A stretch of DNA of 63,983 nt, the filler included, from Basidiobolus ranarum (Eukaryota), in NCBI GenBank assembly GCA_040143965.1. It is 4 parts of 4 records of this genome, joined end to end, with 100 filler letters (N's around TTAATTAATTAA, not from the genome) between each part and the next. Parts side by side here need not be neighbours in the genome. Positions count along the whole stretch, not along the records: positions 50,564 to 63,983 come from JASJQH010007359.1; 3 more parts are not named here. The stretch is one strand, 5' to 3'. The position numbers were made by a program, and so were the translations under genes. This document shows positions 50,902 to 63,983 of the stretch, piece by piece. Under the pieces are notes generated by a model that worked only from the letters and a program-made list of their open reading frames with translations, was not told where the DNA came from and did no database searches. The first letter of the stretch is position 1. Each line of letters opens with the position of its first letter.

Positions 50902-51762
50902 TTAGCTTGAAGCTACTAGTGTTCTTGAATTGTTTATAAGCAATAGCTTGGCGTGTGGAGTCCAGGATATCTCTGGAAGATATATTCTTGATTTACATAA
51001 CTGGTGGATCGGTCTGTAGTGGATCTATACTTACTGATTTTCAAGTTATTCTATTTCATTATTGTTGGCTAAATTTCCAAAGCTTTGTTTATTTACGAAT
51101 AAAAATGACGTATCCATGAATCCAACAAAGGTCTCGTTTAGCTTTGAAACCATCTATTAGTTGTAAGTTTAGATTAGTTCCTACAATTTTCTATATATCC
51201 CAATAGGATAGATCTTTGAGATAGATATCGTAATTGCTAGAGATCTTTGGTTTCATCTTGGGTAATGTCTTGTTTCACTAGACATACGCTGAAAATCAAT
51301 TTAGCGATTGTAAGACTAGTTGTTCAGGAGAGTTGTTTCCTAGTAGTAATAAAGGATGGATGAAACGCTGATAGTTGTACTACATGGATACAATGAGTGC
51401 GTCACAAAGCCTATTTACAAGATTGAGAAAACTTCACCATAACATGGGGAGCAAATTGCAAGTAAAGATTTCGAGCTTTGATTTGAGAAGAACAGCTCAC
51501 AGTAGGGTAAACTAATATCCCTGCCCATTACTGGATAACACCAATAGTAAACTCTCAAACCATTTGTAAATGTATTGTATAGCTTATATTTGTTTGGGAG
51601 TTGCCTCCGATTGGAAATTACAATCCAAGCATGTCCGATTCATACATTATTGCCTTGAAAATACTGTCCTCTCTCACTCAACCAGTCCATGCATAAAAGC
51701 CGATCTTGGGGTGGGTAAAGAATTAACTACTGATTAAATATCTGTAATCAATAAACCTTAAC

Positions 51763-52185
51763 ATGTTAAAAGTATTTATCACACTAATCCTTTTGTCCCA
51801 GCCGGCTCTTGCTATTGACTTTATGGGATATGCTAACAGAAGATCTCAACTTAACCGTCGTGATATAAGCGGCTATGGCACTTATTTCACTCCCTACCAG
51901 GATGCATGCTCGAAAAATGGAGAAAGCTCAAGTGAATTTGAAATGATTGCTGCATCTAGTCGATTCGAAATTGGACTGAAAACAGGAGAGAACACAGAGC
52001 AAGCTGCTATGTGCGGGAAATGCATCAAAGTCCAGGGACCTAAAGGATCGGTGATAGTGAAAATTAGAGATATATGCCCTTCATGTCGTAGAGGCGATAT
52101 TGATCTTACTGAGGCTGCTTTTAAAAAAATTGCTGACCCCGACCAAGGTCGCGTAAAAGTGACATGGAAGCGAACCAAATGCTAA
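51763..52185 (+). CDS. Secreted RlpA-like/expansin-like DPBB protein
   Basis: Signal peptide plus the same DPBB motifs. Confidence 0.88.
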   Translation: MLKVFITLILLSQPALAIDFMGYANRRSQLNRRDISGYGTYFTPYQDACSKNGESSSEFEMIAASSRFEIGLKTGENTEQAAMCGKCIKVQGPKGSVIVKIRDICPSCRRGDIDLTEAAFKKIADPDQGRVKVTWKRTKC

Positions 52186-52648
52186 TAATCAAAGATCTTA
52201 CATATAATCCACTCGACTAAATAGCGACACTGAAGTATTTTTCCTTTGCCAAGTCTGTTCAATCCCTAGAGTGGCTAACTTTTGTAAAGAGTTACTACCA
52301 AACCAATACCTGTAAAGCAATAAATATAGACCCACTCGAGGTACGAAAAATTAAATGCAACTTACCAGGCCTACGTCGTAAATGTCAATGGACTATTTAG
52401 AAACATTGGGGCCCCTAACTTGGAAAATTCAATTTCTATCTTGGAGTCCTGTCACTAGCTTCGAATTTGTCTATTTCACGTTGAGCTGATATATTCGAAC
52501 ACGTTTATTTGAATTTCAAATAGATATTATGCAAAAGTGCCAAAATAAATTAATAGATATCGCTTAAGAGCGCCGAAACGTAGAGCTCAAAGCCAAAAGT
52601 CATCGAACACAGTCCAACCAAAACTTTATGAGCTCAACCGCTTCCAAT

Positions 52649-53065
52649 TCAACAGTCTGTTTCTTCCCATTTAACGTTTATCCTGCCAATATGCAACGGC
52701 GCAATTCTTTTAAAAGCCGTTGGTGTCAAATCAATATCGCCGCTACTGCATGTTGCACAAAGATCCCGAACCTTTACCACCACTGAACCAAGTTTGGTAA
52801 ACACTTTGAGACATCTACCACACATGGGAGATTCATCTGTTCTACCTTTGCCGCCATTGAAATCCTCAGGGCTTAGTGCAGCAATTAATGAACTTTCACT
52901 TGATGTTTCACCATCCTTTGAGCAAGCATCTCTCTCTGGAGTGAAGTAAGTAGCTTGTCCTCGCTTCGCATGCTTAAGATAAACCTTTGCTGTTCCTTGG
53001 GTAAGTCCATCTATGGCAGCGACCGCAAAAACAAAGATAATAAAGAGAGAAAACAACCGTCGCAT
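52649..53065 (-). CDS. Secreted RlpA-like/expansin-like DPBB protein
   Basis: Signal peptide plus the same DPBB motifs. Confidence 0.88.
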   Translation of the reverse strand: MRRLFSLFIIFVFAVAAIDGLTQGTAKVYLKHAKRGQATYFTPERDACSKDGETSSESSLIAALSPEDFNGGKGRTDESPMCGRCLKVFTKLGSVVVKVRDLCATCSSGDIDLTPTAFKRIAPLHIGRINVKWEETDC

Positions 53066-53966
53066 GACTTTCGAGTAAAAGAATGTAGCGAAATAAACAA
53101 ACTATAGAGTGCTTAAATACATACAGTAAAATATTGAGTATGCTTCTCCGCGTGTTTATTTCAATACTTTAAGTAAGTGACTCCCTAACTTATCCTTTAT
53201 TAGAAAAATAGTAAGGAGATCGTGTATGAACCACAAGCTCAACTTCATGTAAGCAGTACATCTTCGTTTGATTGCATACTGCTTTATGTAACCATATAGA
53301 ATATAATTGTTTGTTGGTGATTTAAGAACTTCGGACTAGGATGAAGGAGTAGGGCTTCCAAAGTAGTTGAGAAGTCAACCGCACTATGAAGGTTCAACAG
53401 TCAAACATCAAAAAAGAGATCGCAGGATTTTTCAACAAGCCACTTGGTAGATAGAAAGAAATCCACCAGCTCAGGAATGGTGAACTTGAGGTGCTCCCCT
53501 GAGAAATCGTATCATATCAACAAATACGATTATGGGCTGCGGCTATATTGTAATCAAACTTGTACATTATGGATCGGCCTCCTTTAGATATCAACTTTGC
53601 ATATGCTTCAACGTATATTGCTTTGAAATCGAATTCTATCCACAGATATTAAATCATGCTCTCCCAAATATGTTGACTTCATTTCATGCATCAAAGCAAC
53701 ATGACTAAACTAAGATGAACTTAGTATGCTGGAACTGAGGAGAATTCTACGTTTGTGCCTCATTAGAACTAAAGTAGTGAACCCCTTTTTACGAATTAGT
53801 ATACGTTTAACTGCAAACAGTGTTGTGGCCAAGAAAATCGATTTATTTTGTACACTTAAGTGTAAATTCAGAATATATGTACGCAATGGAAAATAACTTT
53901 GTGTAGAATAGCTTCCCCAAGGTGGCTAGAGCGCTCAACACTCCAGACAAACTATCGGAACAAGCT

Positions 53967-54587
53967 TTAACAGCTGGTAGGTTTCCAAACAACTTTGACT
54001 CTTCCCTCAACTTTGGGGGCAATTTGTTCAAAAGCAGTTGGAGTCAAATCAATATCGCCACTTGAGCATGGAGCACAGAGATCCCGGATCTTTACCACTA
54101 CGGATCCATTGGGCCCGGTAACTTTAACACATTTGCCACACATTGATGCTTGGTTGGTATCCTGACCCGACTTCTGGCCAAACTGATAGTGGCTAAGGGC
54201 GGCAATTAGATCACTTGTACTTGATGATTCACCACTCTTAGAGCAGGCATCACGATCTGGTGTGAAGTAGGTTCCTTGACCGGAGAAAGAGTCACCAGAA
54301 CTACCGTAATCTGCGGAGCTAGTGCTGTTTTGAGGATTACTTTTGGCACTGTCATCCGAGCTACTGCTGTTATCCCCACTATTGTCATCTGAACTATCTC
54401 CTCCCTTCTGCTTATTGTGACTGGAATGCTTATGGTTACCACTGTGACTACCTTTGTGATAGCCACGCTTTGACAAAGCGGACCCGAGGTTGACAGTAGC
54501 ATATCCAGAAAAGTGATCCGACAGCACTAGTTGGGTAAATGCGGCGAGGACGACGAGGATGACAAGAAGTTTAGACATGATCAACAC
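53967..54587 (-). CDS. Secreted RlpA-like/expansin-like DPBB protein with a His/Ser/Asp-rich linker
   Basis: Signal peptide, low-complexity linker, DPBB motifs. Confidence 0.88.
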   Translation of the reverse strand: MLIMSKLLVILVVLAAFTQLVLSDHFSGYATVNLGSALSKRGYHKGSHSGNHKHSSHNKQKGGDSSDDNSGDNSSSSDDSAKSNPQNSTSSADYGSSGDSFSGQGTYFTPDRDACSKSGESSSTSDLIAALSHYQFGQKSGQDTNQASMCGKCVKVTGPNGSVVVKIRDLCAPCSSGDIDLTPTAFEQIAPKVEGRVKVVWKPTSC

Positions 54588-56174
54588 TGTATAAGACTAC
54601 TAATTGGAGGTGAATTGAAGTTTTCCTTTCAGCTTCCTCACTATATATACACGAATTCTCATGCGCAAGAGGTATCAAGTAAAACTGACACCTGACTTCC
54701 TTTCTAGCACAATTTGGAGCCATGCTGTCAACTCAAGTTCAATCTTAATCTATAATTTAGGTTCCTTGAGTTTCGCCCAACCAAAAGAAATTAGCCATTT
54801 AGATCATAAAATTAATTGCCCACCGGCATGTATCTAATTGGCAATTGTCTCCTCTTCATCAAATTTCTAGATGACGGGATATGGGAGTGTATTATTTCGA
54901 ATATTGAATGGAGAGGCAATACAACAGCCAATGTTGAATCTAGTTAAGGTATATCCTGTTGAGCTACTATTGAATTATTAGTAATCAGCCTCAAAAACTG
55001 CGTAACCAGAACTTCTGAATGGTTCTGTGAAAATGGGTAGAATATAGAAACCACCGGAATCGTCCAATCCAGATTGCATTTGTGCTGAAGCAACCAAAAA
55101 TGTCTCACTAGATTAACTCCTATAGTAGTAGCAGAGGTACCCAGTACTCAATAAATCATGTGGCTCTCTCCACTCCATCTCACTGCTAGGATGTCATTAA
55201 ATTGCTGCTACTAGCTCAGCGCCAGTACAACTATTTCTGACCAACATTAACATACTGTATGAGCTATAGCCAATTTATCAATCCTAAGCAAGAAACATTC
55301 CAGTGCTTGCTATCATTCAGAAACAATCGAGTAATAAAAATCCAAAGATGTTGTCAACCAATATTTCAAGTATATTTTCCTTGGTCATCAATTATTTAGA
55401 TTTGTACAGGCTAATCATTTTTCTAGAGATTGAAATTTTGCAATCTCTATACCAAGCTAAGTAAGAGTTGCTAATCATGAAGAATTCTTCACGCTGATGC
55501 CATCTTTCCTTCATCTGAAGCTAAAGCTGTAGCATGCTGCTGCTCCAAAACGCAGTGGTTTCTATTTTGGACTGAAACTAGAATTGCTTGCTCTAGTGCT
55601 TACTTACACTAAGAAGCCAAATAATACTACAATTACAGATGAATAGCAATCCCTACACCAAATTCCCTAGTACGAGAATTTGGTTTTATTGAGAAAACTT
55701 TAGAAAGTATTTGATTGTATCAATCTCATTCGTAACTGATTTACATTTTTAGTTCACGTGTGTAAATCTTCATATGCTACTCACATTTGTATGCCGAGTG
55801 GCGAATATTATATTGATTACTTAGCCATTGCCTAATTGTACCACCTTAAGGAGAAAAGCAGTCCGTTTTGAGCAGTTTTGTAAATACCTGTATTTCTGTA
55901 TTCTTCTAGTTTACACTTGGAATCACCTACACTCTCTCCATCAATAGTTACAAGATATCAAGCTATACTCTTGATAGAGAACCTCTGTTTTGTACATTAT
56001 TCTACTCCTATTAGGTCCCAAAGCTTATTAAGTCTCCAAATGTTATTTCAATATAATTCAGTAAATGTTTGATTGCATTTGGATAAGTGATTGCAAAAAC
56101 CAGGACAGATATATATCCATTGCCTTGCTTTGTGGTAAGAAATATTCTCCCATATCTTTGTTGTGTGCTTAACA

Positions 56175-56522
56175 TGTTGAAATTAGCATTGCCTAAACAC
56201 CTATATAGTTATATATAGCTTAGTACTTAGTTATCTTATATTGAACTAAGATATTATCCATTATTCTCAATCGGAGTTTACTTGGAATATTGACACCAAC
56301 TTAGAAGTTCTCAGATATATAGATTTTTCAAACTTGTGCTAGAAGCCCCAAACTTTGCACACATGTTCCTGAGACCTTCCTTAACACATTCTACACGTTA
56401 GTTTGCTTACATCTTGACAAAATTACAAATGTCAACTTTCTACTCAATAAATCAATAAGTGAAAACCACCAATTCCTCTAATTCTCCAAACCACTTCCAA
56501 CAGGCTCCCAAATACTTCAACA
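56175..56522 (+). mobile_element. Solo copia LTR (348 bp) with 5-bp target-site duplication TAACA
   Basis: TGTTGAA...TTCAACA termini; TAACA at 56170-56174 and 56523-56527. Confidence 0.92.
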
Positions 56523-58816
56523 TAACATCAGTGCCGCCGGGGGTGTTTATTTTCAAGATATTCATACTATGCTTTACATTCAACCTTCAATCTATTTAGC
56601 AAGTAAGGGATAGACCATTTTAGGTCATAGAGCTCAACATTGAAAAAATTCTGTCATCAGTTGTACTACCAGCTCAAGCATCATGCTTATCTTCTCAGAC
56701 ATATTAATTGACATAAATATCAAGGATGAAAGTATAGAAAATGGGGGTAATTAAAAGAAGCCTAATAAGGTTTGCTTGCATTTCATAGCAATATTTGATT
56801 TTAAGTTTGTAAAATAATAAACTGACAGAGCGATGACAACGCTCCTAATATATATTACAGAGTGTCACTTTAGAGAAATTACCCCCCTCCTCACCTCACT
56901 ATTAACTTAGACTCTTCAATTAAGGAATATCTCCGACGAACGCATTGTAAAGAGATCAAGAACCCTCCTTATGCATGTCGCCATTTGGTCATTCATCTAT
57001 ACATTAAAGTATATATCTTGTGTTACATAACAGTCAATTTGAATTACAATGCTAGGAAGGAATCAGATATCTTTACTTTTCGCAATACCTACAGTAAAGA
57101 ATCACCTAGAGCAATCTATTCCCTTGAGTGGCCGTCCATTTGATAAGGTTCATTTATAGCTAATAAATAACTCAGTGTCTACTGTGTACTTGTAATATCC
57201 CCTATGAGCTAAGCTTAAATAAGTAGGTTACCAGGTTGATTCAACAAAGCATTTTACCTTATTAAGCGCCACTTTTACCATTACACAGCTGACTATGCCA
57301 AAACACTTTTGTATTTGTACTATGATTTTCAGCATCTCCACGTCACTGTATTGCATTAAGACATTTGGAAAGATACTTGGCAACCAACACCATTGATGAA
57401 GTTGAAGCGCTTCTAAGCAGGTACTAGCTCCGGCTTGTACATCTACCCGTCTGAATTCCTGAGTTATATAGCAGCATCCACTGGTGTACTTGGTCAGGTA
57501 TACTGATTTGCCTACTAGGCTAAGATTCTTGTCACTTTCAATGAGACGCTTAAAGTTGGTGTAAAGAGATCATCCTACATATCTCGCGCTGGGTTTGAGC
57601 TAGTTGCGACCAATAAACTTATAATTAGTAGGGAATCCATATGGAGTAACTATTGGTAAGCAATCTCTTCCAATTTAAGTCAATATGTGGCAAATTGAAG
57701 TAAAAAGAAGGACTCAAAAATCACTTCTATTTATCGAGGACACTGGTACCAGACCAATTGAAATAGTACAAGTAGCTCATTACGTAATTTTAATATGTCA
57801 CTAGTGCACTTGTCTTTTTGATAGATTCATATATGGTGAGGTGTATCAATGTTGTCATTGAAAAATTCGCACGAATGTTGTAGTTTATCCCATTTTATTG
57901 ATTTTCCTGTTCTTTATCCTGGGATGCATTTCATTAGTATATTGTGTAATGTACTAAGCGCAAATATAAGGAATAGATGTGCCAAGTAGAGGGTAAAGAC
58001 CAACCTATTGAGGCTGAGTGCATTTGTATGTATTTGTGTTTGTGATGCAAATATAGGGTGGGATTGCACTAACAACCGATACTTCCGAAAGAAACACAAC
58101 CTGAAGTCACACTGTAAAGTAATTGAGAAATCTCTACCTTAGATGTTTGTTTACAGGTGTAAATAACAGCAGTATAACATGTTCTGACTTGTTTGGAATT
58201 AGAATGCGCGAAGGCTGTTTTTGCTTGATTCTATTAAGCCTGCCTGTTGCAGGTTAATTCTACAGATCTTATTGAAATCAGCCTACTCAAGAGAAAATGG
58301 AAGTAACGGACTTGAGTAAAGAGAACCCGTCTTTCTTGGTCGACGTTTATGAAACAGCGTAGTATTTAGGAATAAACAACGCCTTGATTCATTCAGAAAT
58401 CAACCGCTATACTTATATATATAATATGTTACAGTCACATTACCCATTCAGGACTGCAATACGATTTGGAAATGTGCACCTGTTTCTGAACTCAATTTGA
58501 CTCAACCTTTTTTGAAGTCATGAGGCCTTTGGTAGCACAATTGATTGCGAGTAAACCACGTGAAAGATCCAGAATCCAGTAAATCAATTTGGCCAGAGAT
58601 CTCGAAGGTTGTGGAGAATATTACAATCTATAGGGTCAATGGAAAAAATTTGCCTCTTGGATGACGAGCGTGTCCTAGTCGCGTTTGTAATGGAGGGATG
58701 ATTGGTTTTCTCAAAGTACGAGGGCAACGTTTACATCCTGCATGATCAAATAATTTGGTTTATTGACACTGAACAACAGTAAATGTAAATGTAATAAATG
58801 ATGAGCTAGTTGTAAG

Positions 58817-59942
58817 CTATGCAAGATTAGTGTGAATTCTAGTGACATCTTCAAAACTATCAAAAGCATCAAGTGCTCTAGTTAATTTTTCGGATTCCTC
58901 CTCAGTTTCTGGAGGCTCAACAGTAGAAGTGGGAACAAAGGTTGGCTCCATAAGTTTAACTTCATATTTGTATTTGGTGATCAATTCTTTTGAGATGGCA
59001 TTCAGGCTGGTGAAGTCACAGGTAATCTGGAATATACATTTGAGTTTCAGGTGTTGAATGTTTATCATAAGAATGGGTAAATACCTCAACTGTGCCTGGC
59101 TCTTCACTTTCTGTAATGTCCTCGGCACCAGCATCGATAGCATTATCCATCAAGGTCTCAATGGAATCTCCAGACTCGCCTGCGCTAAATTCTATGGTTC
59201 CCTTCTTTTCAAACATGTACATAACGGATGACATGGAGCCTCTATTCTCAAAATAATTGGTATTGTTTTTCGAATGTTCAATAAATCTGGAGACTTACCC
59301 ATATTTACTGAATAAGTGACGAACACCTTTAACGGTACGATTGCGACTATCAGTCATGGTTTCACTATTAAATAGTATGTTGCGATTAAAAGAATTGCTG
59401 AAAATAAAGGCACTTTGATGAATACTAACACTATCATTGCAACCCCACTGGGCCCAATTCCTTCAAAAACTATCTCTTCCATGACTGCGCAATCTTTTGC
59501 AGTGGCCTGGCGAAGTGGAGAATACGATATCAGACAATTGTCGCGTAAATATTCATAAATTACACTAAAATTTGTACTTTCTTGAAAGCGGTTTCAATGT
59601 TTTCCTTGGGTAAGTTGAGTGTCTTGGCTCTAGCCAAAGCAGCAGCTAATCTCAAATTATTTGAAGGATCGGAACCGTTGGCTATACAATATCACCGCTT
59701 TGTAAATAGGCAACGGATATGCTTGCAAATAATGAATATGTTTTACCTCTAATGGCTGCAATCAATTCTTTGACCAGTTTACCAAATACTTCGCCTCTTT
59801 TCTTGTCAGCTTCGCCTTTGGAGCGTTTGATTTTTGCCCACTTGCTGTGGCCTGCCCATCTTTTCTGCAACAGATATGGTGTCATAAAGACTGGCTGTAA
59901 TTTAACATTACGGAATAAAGCTATCCGAGCTAGAGAATTCAT
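58817..59942 (-). CDS. TACO1: YebC/TACO1-family mitochondrial translational activator, multi-exon
   Basis: Mitochondrial presequence, [56 protein letters not shown]. Confidence 0.9.
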
Positions 59943-61638
59943 GGCAACAATTCGCACTTCCAGACTAGTTGTTAAACAATCAATTTGTTAAAGTCGACTA
60001 TTGTAGTCGAGTCCAAAAAAGAGCCCATTCGCAAAACTTTATCGAACCCCATTACTCCATCGATTTGAGAATTGCATGGGTATTTATGGCCAAAATCATG
60101 GCCACATTGAAGATGGGCTGACTGATTAACTCCATGAAAAATTAAACGCTCCAACAGAGCTATACTTTCAAGTGTTTATGAATGATGCTTATAATGATCG
60201 AGAAGACGGATAAATAAACTTTTAAGGTACACAAGGAGATGGAGTAACAATTGGGCTTAATACGATAGAGTTACGACAATTGTTGCCGGATTTGTTTCTG
60301 GCTCAAAATCAGGTGTAGAAGCGTCTTCCACATTGAGACATTGAAGCGGGGTTGGGAATTGTAAATCGTACGAGATGTGTTCAGCTAGCTCAATCAAAAC
60401 ATGGCTGCATGACTGGAAGAGTGAGGGAGATCATTGACAAACTAAATTAAATTTGGTAATGAAGCTGTCTGGCGAGGTTTCTGCTTCCTGCTCATCCTTT
60501 GAAGAGAAGACTTGGACACTGATGGCCAGGCGGTTTCTGTCAGTCCGTCGTGTTGTTCAATGCAGGTCAACTAAAGGGTCTGCATATGATTCAGCAGTGC
60601 CTCTGAACGAAGTGAAGTCAAGTGCGGTTTGTCAGAAGCAACTGTGATTACACACAAGAAAGGTGTAACGTATACAGGCGCACAAATGCGATACATGTAC
60701 GACATTAAATTATGTTGGTCTCACAGACATCTCCTTTGTATATATTCGTCAGAGCCATCCTAAAGATGATGGTGACCAATCCCCTAGGGAACAAGGAATC
60801 TAAGATAGAAAAACTGTCTTTTTAGTGGCGATTTGGTTTGATTCAGCAGTGAATGAATCATAACAGAAAGCTCGCACCAAAATGGTAATGTAGATTCTAT
60901 GTTAGTCCCTAAAGTGGCTATCCATTCGCTCGTGCATTACGCCTGACTACCAGTGCGACAGGTTGCTCCACTCGTATATTTGAATCAACTTGTACTTTGA
61001 GCCATCCTCTATATTTGTAAGGAAGACTAATTCAGTTATCTACAAGCCATATCATTAGTGCCAGAATGAAAGATCGGTCAATACACAATTCGTGGTATAT
61101 TTAAACATAATTATTGTTGGCCAATTATAGAGATGTGAGGCTACACAAGGGAGTAGGTGAAACTTCAATGTCAATACTGATTAACAGTGGTATGGTTGCG
61201 CAAACCAACCCAAGTCTATATAGAATCAATCTGGCTGGGAATTGCCAGATCAAACTAGCACACAGGTATCAAATGAAACACTGATTCCTTTTTTTTTCGT
61301 AGTTGCCAGAACAAAGCACGTTTTCACCAGGCCTCTTGTACAACTCATTTCCTATCCCGCTTCGTTAGCTTTGCTTCTTATTTTCCTAATACTTTATCAA
61401 TATAAAGTACTCTTTCTCTACTACTAGTCCTGGTTCTGCCATATTCTAGAAGCTAATTATTTTCGAACCTCGGCTGCCAGCCTTGAAGCTTGACCTACAT
61501 CAACATTGTCCTCTTAGTATTAATCGAGAAAGAAACTCATCGTTACTTAGTGGTTTTTACTTGCCCTAGTTACTTTTGAACTCTATCTTCCTCTACTGAA
61601 AGAAGTCGGATAAGAGAGATCCTAATCAACCCCATACA

Positions 61639-63983
61639 ATGCCAGCAAGTGCAAACACCGCACCAACAATTTACCACCTCCAAGAAAACAAGAATATCAC
61701 CGAATACAGACTTGATAAAACCCCATTCGATAGGCAATCCCCTTACCCTACAGATTCCTCCACTTTACATTCATCTGGGAGTTTGTCATTACCATCTATC
61801 ATGAAGGATAACTGTTTGCCAAATCAGAGCTCAGTTAGTAGTAGATTCTCCACTGATAGTTCTATTCTACATTCTCCCATCTCTAGCCACGGGAATATCA
61901 CCTCAGATTTCTCCAAACTAGATACACTAGCTGCTGCTGCTGGTTCCATTTTAGTCTCTTTAGCTAATCTTGGGCAGCCTACTTCAGCCACTGCACTTGC
62001 TAGTGCCAAACCTGAAGATTCCGGCTCAAACGAATCTTCTAAAAAAGATATCATTCAATGTTCTGATAACCTTGCTGATCTCGCAGCAGCAGCTATTTCT
62101 TCTTTATCAGATTTAGCTGCTACGGGAAGAGAGGTTTCTTTGCCGAAACAGGTACTTTCTCCTATAGAACAATTCTACCTAGTTTAGCGATTTACTTATC
62201 CTCTGTTAGGTGGAGAAGTTGGCAAGTCGGACTTCCGTTGCAATTAGTAACGAACACAAAAAAGGAGGATTTATGTCTATTTCAGCTTTATTGGGTATGT
62301 CTTAAAATTTAGTAATCTTGATATCATGCTTGTTCTAAACCGTTCATATGATAGATGAAGGTCCTCCTCGGTCAAACGAAAACCCCTCTCAAGCTTATAC
62401 ACCGTCATTTGGCGTTAGCATTATGTTCAGTTTCTATCTTCAATAGCTATTGTTGACAAATTCTTGATATTCTAGCAGTTACAAAGTTACGATAGTAGCA
62501 AACATACGGTGAAACAACTACTGGATGACGTTAATATTGTTAGTATCTTGATTTTATATATTGGGGTTTTACAGTTTTTGTCAAACTCTAGTAGTAACAA
62601 TGGTTGATTCTTAGATTGCAGGGGATCGTGAGAGGCAATCTACCAAGAGACTTATGTCTGAGCCTGAGCTTCCTTTTAAAAAAAGATACGCTCCTTCTAG
62701 ATTTGATTCTCCTGTCAACAGCCGTAGCAATTCCGTCTCGTATCATCATGATGGTTAGAACGCCCCGCCTGTTCATGTTGATAATTTGCTTCTTACTAAC
62801 AACTGGTTGTAGGTAACGAAGTTTTTAATGGCAATTCTGCAGGTGGATATATGAATGCTGTAGCTGTTGATCAAAATGTAAGTGTTAATGCTCAAAACTC
62901 GAAATTAACACGCAACAATATTGACTTTTATTCCTCTCTATCGACAATGTAGACCTCTCTTCCTCAACCAGATAGCTCCTATTCCAGATCTAGCAGATAC
63001 AATGGTTCATACCAACATTCTGGAGCGTCATCCACGCAATCCGCTCCTATTCCTCGATATAAACCTGCTGCCCATGGTTCTGCATCAAACTTTCCTGACA
63101 GCACAGCATCTACTGGCAATCGTAATCCCCAGGTAATATAGTGGTCCGATCTGTCTTCGTACCTTTTATTCTATGCTAAAGTAGCTTTTAGCCTTCTTAT
63201 CAGCCACTGAGAGTGGAGGGTCCAAACACCTTTTCTAAAAAATATCAATCAATGGTATGTTTCGACTTGTATACATCCAATGAGTTCATTATTAACGTAG
63301 ATCGGTTTTGCAGCAAGATCCTAAGGTGAAAAGAAATGCCACTCATGCTTATATAGCTTACATGATTTACACCGATCGACTTCAAAATAAGGTACTTCTA
63401 AAATAGCCACACCACATTCAAGCGCCTCAATTTACTCAATCATTTCTTAGGGGTCAGAGGTTAAAGGAGAATCTATGCCTATACATAGGTCAATGGATCC
63501 TGCACCTTCATTGAATCACTACGGCCATTCAGTGCACACCCATTCCCACAATCGTTCGTACTCACATCCACATAACCATGATCACCCACCACATCCACAC
63601 TCTTCACATCAGCATGCCCATCCCACTCACAGCCACCCACCACAACACAATCACTTAACTCATCAACATTATCCTCATCAACACCAACGTCCACATGCTC
63701 ATCAGCACCCACACACTCATCAACACCAGCATCCTTATCATCATCATCACCCTCATGAGCAGCACAGCCAAACGCCTCAAACTATTCCACAACCTCCATA
63801 TGGTAGCAATGTCCACACCGAATCCAGATATTCTCAATCTTCTCCGACATCTCGACCCAATTTAGGGAGGTATGAACCACCAGAGATTCTCACTAATCTA
63901 TGTGCGCTTTCCCTAACCACTAGGTCTATCCCCATATATTATGGCTCTCTAGGATGAAATTCATGGGCGAAATTGCCTATCAC
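61639..63983 (+). CDS. Multi-exon low-complexity (Ser/Pro/His-rich) protein, possibly a transcriptional regulator; 3' end uncertain
   Basis: Long first exon with repeated L..LAAAA helices; later exons MSISALL and KVKRNATHAYIAYMIY; His/Pro/Gln tract; many GT-AG junctions. Confidence 0.55.

Overview
Eukaryotic, intron-rich, AT-rich fungal DNA. Gene content suggests an early-diverging lineage (Zoopagomycota/Mucoromycota-like; an inference). The window is four contigs joined by artificial 100-bp N44-TTAATTAATTAA-N44 linkers, so adjacency across linkers is not biological. Contig 1: the 5' end of a Ty1/copia retrotransposon, a Kex2-type repeat-peptide precursor (2x DLHDLCGRWFCGHT) flanked by two decayed copies, a White-collar-2-like GATA factor, an arrestin-fold protein and two tandem Clg1/Pcl-type cyclins. 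Contig 2: a Ser/Thr/His repeat protein with a CBM19-like tail, a protein with 28 Cys-Pro motifs split by an in-frame TGA at a Cys position, a decayed intron-containing Fanzor/TnpB element, PP2C and a single-pass membrane protein. Contig 3: LTR copies, lipase, VMA11, G3BP-like, UTP15, uL23m, a DUF4359-like gene, ERH, an orphan MysC-like ATP-grasp ligase, an MFS sugar porter and APD1. Contig 4: four RlpA/expansin-like genes, a solo LTR, TACO1 and a His-rich protein. The strongest leads for new biology are the disulfide-loop peptide precursor and the Cys-Pro repeat protein.
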